The position numbers and the translations under genes were made by a program. From Seison nebaliae (taxonomy: Eukaryota), in the NCBI GenBank assembly GCA_023231475.1, contig JALJEE010003057.1, positions 1 to 64,000 on the forward strand: a DNA stretch of 64,000 nucleotides. Reading direction: 5' to 3'. The notes under the pieces were generated by a model. The model was not told where the DNA came from. It worked only from the letters and a program-made list of their open reading frames with translations, and made no database searches. Shown in pieces: positions 53,169-64,000 of the stretch (position 1 is the stretch's first letter; each line of letters opens with the position of its first letter).

Positions 53169-54732
53169 TCATTCATTTCTTAAAACGTCCGAATATAATC
53201 GTTCATTCTTACCATAGTTTTTATCCGAAGATTCATTCATATTTCTTGTTGGTCCATCTGAAATTTCATCGATCGTCGGAACCATCGGTTGAGTGAAATC
53301 AATTCGATGTAATAGACGACATTCAATCGGTTCCGTATAAATTGTGGATGTCACATATGACATTAAACTGACTGATTTTGACGAATCATTTCGTGTGTCC
53401 AAATCGAAAATATAAAGCCATCCCGTTTCGACGGCAACATATAATCGAATATCTCCATTTTTTTTCGTAATTAACGAACAAGCTGTTCGTTTATCCTCCG
53501 TATTCAATTTAGCCGTTGCAAATGATTTTTTCTGATTCCAAAATTCCGAAACAGCTGTGGGTGCTAAAATGAAAATTAAATTGAATGAAATTAGAAAGAA
53601 ATTTAAAATTAAATTAAAAATTTGAACTGAATGAAGAAATGAATGATGCTGGTGCCTCTTCTCGATCATCACTAACATCTGTTCGAATATCGAAAACATG
53701 AATCGTTTTCGTGTTATATGACGCCGCTAGAAAACCGCAACAATCAGACCATGAAATAGAATAAGTTTGAGCTGAAGCGATTTGACGTGAACGTAATTCA
53801 GCCAAAAGTTGAACATTCGGCATTTTATATAGTCGAATTAATGTTCCTCGAGATGACGCTGTTCCCAAAAATTTCGCACCAGGTGATAATGAAAGTGCAG
53901 CAATTTCAGTTTCATGAACAAGTTTCTCAGTAACTCGAGTGAAATTATGAGCATCAAATACTTGAATTTCTCCTCGTTCACTGGAACTGGGAAAGACGAA
54001 TATGCAAGAATCATCATCAGACAATGCACAAACACCATTCGGATTTCTCGGAACGTCTTTGATGATATGTTTCGGTGCCATGTCATTTATGGAATGCATA
54101 TGAATCTCATCTTGCAAATAACAAATGAGAACCTGAAAAAGAATAAAAATAAATTTATTTGAAAAAAAATTTAAAAAAAAAATAATAAAACTTTTCGATT
54201 CATACAAACTCGAACTACAGTATCTTTATAATTGTGAGAATAAATTTCTGTGTTTCTCATGACGTTGAAAACACGAATCCGTCTGGGAATCAGATAAGAT
54301 GTGACAACGACTAATGAAGTAGATAATAATCGTTCAACATATCGAATTTCTCGAATTTCTATAAATAGAAAAATGAAAAGAAATTAAAAGAAGAGAAATA
54401 ACGATATCTATCAGTGGATTGTGATTCTGGTTCGCCAGATCGATGTGCTTGTGTGATATCAGGTAAGCGTGCTAATATAATTGACGTTTGTGAGAAATAT
54501 TTTTGAAGGAAGTTAAAAAATATAAGTTGGAATTAATTTCAAAATTATTTAACTTTGACTTGTGTAGAATAAGTCGATTTTATCATTTTCGAAACTAATT
54601 TGGTAAATTTTATATCCGTAAGTCTCACCTACAACGAAAGAACTGGAAAAAAGAATGACAGATAAATGGGAATGTTGGAATGAACTTTTTGTCGACAGAA
54701 AAGCCAAGATAAAGAATATTGGATTCATTCAT
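53169..54732 (-). CDS. WIPI1/2 (Atg18)-like PROPPIN WD-repeat protein, multi-exon
   Basis: N-terminus MNESNILYLGFSVDKNSFVVGETYGYKIY; VERLLSTSLVVV; NPNGVCALS; HETEIAAL; TASSRGTLIRLY; TKTIHVF. Confidence 0.88.
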
Positions 54733-56109
54733 CTTTCGTTAAAGAACTTTCTCAATTCCTGGAGAAAACGATAAGGAATGAATACATTGAATTGGGAAAT
54801 AAACAAAGAAAAGAAATAAGTAAATTTCTCATATCTTGAGAAATTTGAATAGAGAAATAAGAATTAAATTCTTTCTTTTTTAAATTTTCAGCTTGAAATA
54901 AAATTAGAAAAAAAATTGAATTTGCTATCGACAACTGTTGTTGTTTGAAATTTGAAAAAATATGTCAATTAAAAATATTCTTTTTCCAAGAAATTGTAGG
55001 AGAGAAGGAAAGAAGGAGAAGAATAACGGAATATTCATTCATTTGAATATAATTTATTTAAATAATTTTCGAATATACAAATAGATATTACGAATCTCCA
55101 TACAGAACTTTTTGGTTGCATGTCCAAGCGATCACTTTGTTCGTGTGTGTGTCTCTTTCAGGAATGGTGAATGATTGGAAATTAAATGATTATTAATATA
55201 AGTGTATGTGTATGGTGAGTGTGTGTGAGGAATGGTGAGGGGGGAGAAAACATGTGAGTAAATCTACGTGTATAAAATGTATTATATATTATACGTTCTT
55301 ATTCATTTCAGTCATTCATTCTTCTTTTCCTACTCCTTTTCATGATTTATTTCTTTTCCAGTTTTTTTCATCCAATCTTATGGAAGATTTCCTTGTGAAT
55401 GATTAGATGGAAAGAATTGCCTTTCTCAAAGGAAGGATTGGAAACGCATTCTTCCCTTTATGATCCATGAAGATGCAACGGAGATAATTCATTTACATCA
55501 CCATCTCCCATAGAAGAACTGGTTTTCATCGTTCTATAAATGTTAATTCTTCATTAATATTTTCCCATGTGTCGATGGTAAATTTTAATCGTTTCATTCT
55601 ACATTGGAAACATGATCTGATCGAGAATAATAATTGGAAATTTATCTTGAATCTTTTCTTGTATCTTTCTCATTCGGATGCAAACAGAAAAAACTGTTTT
55701 TTAAATGAATTTGAATTTTTTTTTATTCTAGATGAATTTTTTTGAAATTTATAATAAATTTCTATGGTTGGAACTTGTTTTAATGAAGTGGATGAATGAA
55801 ATATTTGACGCCTCAGTTTTGGGGTCTGATGGGAAGGAATCGGAATTGGCGATGTGTCTCTGTCTTTTTGATTCGAAGTCTTTTAGTCATGATCGTTTTA
55901 CATTATTATTTCTGACTTGCGTCTAATGTTGTCGGAGGAGTTTCTAATTAGTTCTCTACTTATTTCATCCATTTCGTTCTTATCCACCTAAACCGACCGT
56001 CAGTTATTTTATAAGGAATTATTATTTCGTTCATTAACAATGTGATTTCTATGTGTTCGGTCTGTACTGATGATGTTAATATTGATATGTATCTCTTCTA
56101 CATACGTAT

Positions 56110-56165
56110 ATGTGTGTATTTGTGTGTGTATGTGTGTGTATGTGTGTGTATGTGTGTACGTGTAT
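56110..56165. repeat. Imperfect (TG)n/(TGTGTGTGTA)n microsatellite
   Basis: Read directly. Confidence 0.85.
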
Positions 56166-56462
56166 ATGAGACGGTTCGAATAGAGGAGAATATCATCTTT
56201 CTTTTCATTCTTCTCATCATCACCAAACCGAAAATTCTTTTGCGATTGATTCTTGTCCAATCGAATCATGTTTGATATATGATGACGATTTAATTCATAT
56301 CACTTCATTCATCGTTGTGATGATGATGGAGATGACATTATAAAGTGATTTTTAATTTAAAAAATTTTTTAAATTTTAAAAATAAATTTTATTTTTGAGA
56401 GAAATTAATCAGTTTTTAATGATATTAATTGACAGTTTCACTATTTTTTTTTTGGAAAGCAG

Positions 56463-57223
56463 ATGAATGAGGAGGAAAAGAGGAAAAAGGGAAGAAATGA
56501 TCAACTACTTACGACATTCACCTCAATTTCCACATCCTCACTAACTAATACGATTATTTCGACATCTTCATCGAAAATGAAATCGAATTCGGAGAAGAAT
56601 GAAATGGAACCGAACGATATTCAGAAGGCTCTCAAAATCATTTCGTCAGTTGCCGTTGTAGCTGCTGGAAATAGTGAGACAATTGCAACAACCATCAGTC
56701 CAATTATGTCGAATGAAACGCAAAAATATTTGATGGATGTTATAACTTGCTTCTGCTCATCCACTGCTCAACGAGGCTTTTATTATGAAAGCCTAGCTAA
56801 ACAACAACAACAACAAGAAAAACATGAATCAGATGTGAATTATGGAACGAAATCATCAAATCCTTTTGACAAATCGATGGAGAATGGAAGTTTTTTATTC
56901 ACGTCACCGGTAAACGATTCGGAAGAGGATAAAATTGAAACGAAACGAAAATCTGATAATGGGAAATCGAGTGAAGTGAAGAAGAAGAAACGTGTCGAAC
57001 TGAAAATGAAACAACAACAATTGTTGCAGGAGAAATATTTGTCGAATCTTCATCTGGAACAGCAGAGACAAAATAATTTCTTTTCCACAAAGAATTCCCA
57101 ACAAAATAATATTGTCGATTATCTCTTGTCGTTATCGCCGAAACAGAGAACGATATCAGATTGTACAGATCGTTATTCCAGTAAATTTAGTGAGACATTG
57201 AAGAACATCTCATCGGAAAATAC

Positions 57224-57293
<70 letters not shown>

Positions 57294-59277
57294 TTATTGT
57301 CAAAATTATTATATGACAGTACAAATGTTCAATATCAGAATAATAATAATTTTCAATGTCATTCAATTAATGAGAAGAGACGTATGGTTGGAAGTAACGA
57401 TAATTTGAGAGTGACGAATATGGAAGAAGTGAATGAGAATGGAGGTAATCTTTATCGGAAGAGATTGAATGAATTAATTAATTTGACTAATGAGAGAGGA
57501 GGAACTTTCGATCAAGAAAATGATATGCAATTACCAAATTTCTTATTCCATAATTCGACCATTTTCACTGACCAACAACAATTATCACCTCAACAAATAT
57601 TTTCACCTTTCATCACCAACGACCAGACGAATATGAGTGGGAGTATATCTAATTTACAATCGATCAATAAAAACTTACAAAAAACTTCACTTCTTCCTGA
57701 GAATTTCATTCAACAATCATCACGAGATTCTTATAACGTCAATAATACTCTCCGTCTTCATAATGCCGCTCTCTGTTCCAATAACCATGATACACAGCAA
57801 CAATTGAATAATTTCCATAATTATCACACATCAGTGAAACGTGATCAATCATCTTATTCATTATGTGATATTGATAACAAATTGGGATTAGATTATAATC
57901 ATTTGAGATCGATAGCTGCTGCTCAAAATAAATCATCGACAGAGAATGGAGAAGAAGATGATGAGAAGAATAGAAATATCATTGAAGAAGTGAATAATAT
58001 GACGAATGGAGATGATGAAGATGATAGTGAAGATTTGGAAGATGACGATGACGATGATGATTATAAAGATTGTCGGGATGTTCAAGATTTACTTGATGAA
58101 GATCAGGACGTGATAGATTGTGATGATTTTGTGAAATGCATGAATCATTGGATTAAATTAACGAATAATACTGATGAAGAGGATGGATTATATGGTTGTA
58201 CTCATATTGAACAATTGACAGATTGTCAAAATCGGATTGTCAGTACGAGAAGTAATCAAGTTTGTTTACATTCCTCTCAATCATCCCAAACGATCTCGAT
58301 GGCTAAAGAGAAAATGAATGGAATAGATATCGATCATATTAATAAGAATGATATTCTCTCATTCGAAACCATCAGTTATTTGACGACGTTATACGAATTC
58401 CTTTTAAGATATGACGAGAAGAAATTCGAACAATCCAAATTGAATCATTCGAAAAATTTGAAAAATAAAAAGAAGAAAATTTCGAAAAAGAGGAAACATC
58501 GAAAATTCTCTCACAATCAAAAATTGGTTGATGAATCGAATGAGAATGAGAATCATCAAAATGAGAATATGATGGAAATGCATCATTCGAAAGAACTCTA
58601 TCGATTATTATTAGAAGAATTGATCGAGAATGGTTTCGATCCCAAACGACGAACACTCAATTTATCCACTATCATTGATCAGTTGATGAAGTTATATAAT
58701 CGAATTGTCAATCAGATCAATAATAATGTGGAATCGATAAATAATATTTGGACAGTCTCGAAAATTAGTGAAAATATTTGTCCAATTTATTCGAAGAGTA
58801 AATGGCACGATTTGTTGAGGAGTGTGGAAAATCTGGAACGGATAACTGAAGCGTCGAGAACGAAAGATGATAAATTATGGAGTCTCATAACAGAATTGAC
58901 GGTGAGAATTCAAATGATGAAAGAGATGTTAATGAGACAACAACAACTAATTGAACTCATTATAATGGTGACGGCAATTCGAGATAATAATTTCGATGAT
59001 TATATTCGAAGTAATACATTAAATTTTAGTGGTCATATTGATATGAAATTGAAGGAGACTCTCCCATCCTCACCACAAAAACATCAGAATAATGATGAGA
59101 ATATGGAGAAGAGTGATGAGATAATGACAGAAGCAGATCGAGGAATGATATTGAACATGATTAAAATATTGAAAAGGAATACATTCAACATTCAATATAA
59201 TCATAATTATTATTATTGTGATCATACTTATCATTATGTTATGTTGAGAACGGTAAATACATCATCTACCAATACCA

Positions 59278-59309
<32 letters not shown>

Positions 59310-62300
59310 GTATCAACTTGTTCATCATCATCTTCTATTATTGATAGTAATGCCAATGTCGAATTGAATATTGATATTAAAGAGAAATCTGAAAATTATC
59401 TTTCTGGAAATGTTGACGATTCAAATATTAATCATGAACAACAACAACAACAACAACAACAAGAGAATTTATTAGAGAATTCGGAAATGAAAAATGACAA
59501 TTTCTCCAATTCTCATTCTTCAATGGATATTGGTGATATGAAGACATTATTCTCGTTAGTTGCCCAATTTCGAGAATTTATTAAAGAAAGTAAATATCCG
59601 ACGTTCTTGAAAGAAGCCACCAATTCCAATGGAGAGAAAGTGAAAGAATTATTTTCATTCTTTCAAAAAAATCTCTCAAATTACATGTCGAATTCAACGG
59701 AGAAATTAGATTTGAATGAAACAAATCCATTACAATTACTTTGTCAGATAGTCGCTGCAGCTTCATCAATGCCACAAGATGTTCCAGTGACAGTAGAGAA
59801 TTTATTGAAAGAAACTCTAATTCATTGTGGATATTCAAAAGATCGAACGGATCATCTTTTATCTGACGTCCACAAACCATTCTCCACAATCACTAATGAT
59901 CGATTTGGTACTTCACTCAATAATCAAGAAGTAGGAGGACAAACAACATCAACGGAAACGATGACTGATGATAATGAAGAGTCGATGGATAGTCAATTAA
60001 ATTTTAATTTATTTGATTTAGAAGATGAATTGAAAAATATGAAGAAATCAGTCAAAATTCTTCCGGAAGAAGTTGTCACTGATGAAATTCTGGAGAGTCA
60101 TTCCATATTAAGAAATATAAAGGAATCAGAAACGACGTCTATAACGATGATCGATAGGAAAAATGAGAAAATTGATTCGGAAAGTATTTTTGATGATGAT
60201 GATGAAACAGAAACAGAAACGGATGATGAATTGAATGAGAAATTGACGAATTTGATGGAATGTGCAAAGAATAATGATAAATCAGGAATAATGAATGTAA
60301 TATTAGATGCTCAACGTCGAGGTGAATTATTATCAGAAATCGATCAACCATCACCAAAATATGGTGAGACAGCTCTTCATTTTGCTGCTGCTTCAGGTAA
60401 TATGAATATCATTAAAATGTTAATACAAAATGGTGCAAATTATCATCTGACTAATGAGAATGGTCATACACCGATTGTGGAAGCAGCAACAAATGGACAT
60501 GTGACAATTTGTGCTTTCTTATTAGAAGTGATGAAACAAGATAATATTTCAAAAACGAAAATTAATGAAGAATTAAATCTTGCTCTAATGGAAGTATGTA
60601 TGGATGGTTATTATGATGTTGCAGAATTTTTCATAACAGCTGGTGCTGAAGTTAATTTGTTACCAGAAAGTTTTGAGTCTCCTCTCACTTTATCAGCATC
60701 GAGTGGTCACGCCCATTTGGTGGAATTATTATTGAATTATGAAGCGAATTGTGAAGAACGGAATGATGAAGGTTTCACACCGTTGATGGAAGGAGCGAGA
60801 AATAATCATTTAGATGTGGTGAAATGTTTAGTGGAATATGGTGCCAACGTGAATATGACGTCAGGAAAAATAGAAGAAACGGCCATATCATTCGCTGGTT
60901 ATGGTGGTCATTTTGAAATTTGTAAATATTTGGTTGAACATCGAGCTGATTTGTTCATTGGTGATATGACACCGTTATTGAATGCCGTTCTTGGTGGTCA
61001 TGAGGAATTGGTGAGATATTTTATTAAAACGGTTGGTGTCGATGTGAATGGTGAAGATAAGAATGAGAATGGAACATACAAAATTGGATTACATGACAAA
61101 CCGTTACAAATCGCTGCTGATACTAATAATGTTGGAATGATTAAATTATTATTATCGTTAGATGCTCAAATTGAAATACGATTTCCATATCAGGAATTTA
61201 CTAACATAAAATTTGTTGTAACTAATTGGTTAGATTGTAGTGGTAACAATCATAATGTATCACATAATTCATCATCATCATCCGAATCATCTGAATCATC
61301 CGAATCACCATCTGAAACGAGTACTCGTCAACAATTAAATAAGATGAATACGACTTGTACTTTTTCTGATTGTCAAGTGGTGAATGGATTGAATCAATCG
61401 ACAATTAAAGATTCAAAAAAGAAAACGAATAAAGAAAATAATAAGAAAATAGGAAAAGATTTAAAAGATGATGATGATAATGATGATACTCAATCGATTG
61501 AAACGAATCGTACTTATGAAGTCGCATCATATGAAACGACAAATGTTCCAATTTCTATAACTTATTCTCCATTGATTCGAGCTTCATTCAAAGGCAATTT
61601 AGAATCGATCATCGAACTTTGCAATAATGGAGCTGATGTAAATTTCGTTGCAGAATTGAATGGAATGACACCGTTAATTGCAGCATGTCATTCAGGACGT
61701 GTAGATTGTGTGGAAACGTTAATTTATGCTGGTGCTGATCCACAACTTATGTTGAATGATGGCACCACATGTTTGATGGAAGCATCGAAACATGGACATT
61801 TGTCGATTGTTAAATTATTATTGAATTTCTCTCAACAACATAATCAATCACTACAAAATGAATTACCATTAAAATTGTGTAAATTGAATCAAAATAATGC
61901 TAATTTCCGTTTAGTTCATCATTACGATAAATGGGAATTTGCCAAAGTTCCCTTCATGGAAACGGCAGATGTATTCGTTGAACAAATCGCTCTTCAAAAG
62001 AATAAATCACAAATATTAGGAGAACGTTTAACTGATCCGATTTATGAAATAATAGCAAAACGTACTGATATCATCGAGAAATGGGGACAAGCGGAAACAG
62101 CTCGACAAAAATATTTGAGAAATATCGATCCAATTTCTCAATCTATCATCAAAAATTTCTATAATGCTTTCAATTTCGATACAACATCATTTAAAGAATT
62201 GATGGTAACTCATGGAAAGAATTATGAACAGAAATTTAAAGATGTTCCACCAGTTCATTTGATGAAAGATTCACCATTATTGAAACGATTCTCTAAAGCG

Positions 62301-64000
62301 AAAATTCCATCACCAAATTACGTTTTCATGCAAAATCTGTTGAATGGAGTATGTCGTGATGTGAAATGTTTCTGTGTATCCATCAATGACGACGAGAGTA
62401 CTCTAGTCAATATGGTTCAACGATTATTAACATTGGAAACGGTTTTGAAATCGGAAGCATTATTCAAAATATCAGAAAATTCTAATGAGAGTACTGAGAA
62501 TTTCTATCAATCTATTTGTAATTTTGTCAAATCATTTCACGTCGCCACATTGAACGAACGACATCAATTTTTGACGAGTCTATTCCATATGTGTTTGAGA
62601 CGAAGGAATTTACATGTGAAATTATTGGCACCAGAAATGGAAATATTATTGATTGGACGACGATGTTCTATTTCATCACCGAGTAATTTAATCGATATCG
62701 GTTTCCTCATGAAAAAAAGTCCATATACTAACAAGATTCTTGATGCTATTGAAATGAATCATAACATGAACTCGTCGAATTCGATGAATAATTCGAAAAC
62801 TTGTCAGATTTTAGAGAATATGACCAATTCAGGAAAATCAGTCCAACAATATTCGAATGATAAACGTGGTGGGAAGAAAATGAAAAATTCGAAAAGAAAA
62901 AATACGAAAAAATCAATTCAAACATCTACAACGACTTATGGGAATAATAACGGAAATACAATGAACGCGAATAATGGAATGCATAAAGAGTCATGTCTTA
63001 CTCATATCTCGGCAACAGAATTGAAATATCTCATGTATTGTGTAGTACCATTTGATGATTATGAGAATTCTGAAATTACAGAATTCATTTTCCACGAATT
63101 ACAAGTCGAACAACAAATCATTAATCAATATTTATTCGATCAAGGAAAACGAAATAAACGATTGATTATGGCATATCAAAAAATCCATCAAAATCGTTCA
63201 CAAATCAGACCATCTTGTTCCAATTGTAATAATCAGAAACATTCGACAATTTATGAACATTTTCATAATCTAATTTATTCGGTACGACAAGTTCTCGATG
63301 TATTAGCAACACGAATTCATTTGACAACATATCAGAAAGATGCGATTAAATCGAAATCCGTCATATTCGATATGCACAATTACTGCAAACGGAAAAGTCA
63401 AGGAGGAACTTCCACAAATATTCCTGGAACACCAACTCCTAGTAGTAGTGGAGCTGCAGTTGCATCTGCCGCTGCCATCCAATCGAACACTACAACGACT
63501 ACAACGAATAATAACGGAAATGATGGAAATCATGTCAATTTCCATAAGAAATCGAGTAGTATTCCATCGTCGTCCACTTTCTTACAATTTATGGAACCAA
63601 CAAAAGATGATCAATTGACTGAAAATCGAATATTTAATATGTTCACACATCAAATGAGAAATTATTATCGTCAATTATTCGATGAATTAGATGAATTGAC
63701 ATCGTCAAATAAAAGTGAAGAAGAAATGAAAAATTTCAAATTGAAATTTCGAGAGAATCTCATTCTTGAAATGAAACGATCTCCTAAAATCAAGAAATTA
63801 TTAAGAACTTATTTAAATATTAATGATATGATCACTGCTCAAGAGAGACGTTTGAATCGATTAGAATATTTATTAGATCGATTAGTTCTCTATGATCAAC
63901 TCACTGCCATGAGTCGATGGGCTCAATTGGTATGGCTGAAATATGAGGCGGAAGGAGTGGAGAATTTGAAGAGAACAAAAATTGCGACAGAAAAATATTT
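56463..64000 (+). CDS. Mask/ANKHD1/ANKRD17-like ankyrin-repeat protein, partial (runs off the window end)
   Basis: Spot checks show one frame at 56463, 57225, 60360 and 63960. It is probably missing from the ORF track because it has no stop in the window. Ankyrin block 60360-61830 includes ALMEVCMDG..AGAEVNLLPESFESPLTLSASSGH..EERNDEGFTPLMEGAR, matching the Mask/ANKHD1 signature. The start is uncertain because a CAG acceptor precedes the ATG. Confidence 0.87.
57225..57293 (+). repeat. Perfect (AAT)23 coding microsatellite (poly-Asn)
   Basis: 69 nt of uninterrupted AAT, in frame with the Mask-like ORF. Confidence 0.95.

Noticed and set aside
55100..56275. Possible gene between the WIPI-like and Mask-like genes
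   Set aside because: The ORFs arise largely from the TG microsatellite, and the splice models I tried hit stops.
56899..63618. Numerous 60-100-aa ORFs in the track
   Set aside because: They are antisense or off-frame shadows of the long Mask-like reading frame.
1..64000. Alternative genetic code or stop-codon readthrough to explain the fragmented ORFs
   Set aside because: Short GT-AG introns restore the conserved frames, and TAA (1478), TAG (3980) and TGA (40374) all terminate genes at expected positions.

Overview
This window is eukaryotic, not prokaryotic: very AT-rich, gene-dense animal-type genomic DNA with many tiny introns (about 35-55 nt), so the ORF track fragments most genes. I rebuilt gene models by hand using reading-frame restoration. 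In order: PHPT1/janus; four paralogous secreted proteins of no family I recognise; XRCC1 (BRCT domains only); a decayed MULE-like transposon with a 67-bp hairpin and a GC-richer broken ORF; purple acid phosphatase (ACP7-like); a ~3170-aa four-repeat cyclic-nucleotide-binding K+ channel (CNGK-like); a GH27 glycosidase; an SRSF3/7-type SR protein; an atypical E2F7/8; a GT10 fucosyltransferase; Rab11-FIP3/4; CARNMT1; TMEM267; WIPI/Atg18; and the 5' part of a large Mask/ANKHD1-like gene running off the window end. The main oddities are that nearly all 5' splice sites read GTT rather than GTR, the secreted paralogs share a possible C-terminal amidation motif, the channel's fourth filter is degenerate, and the SR gene has a candidate poison exon. 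I saw no rRNA, tRNA or CRISPR array. All family assignments come from recognising motifs, not from database searches.
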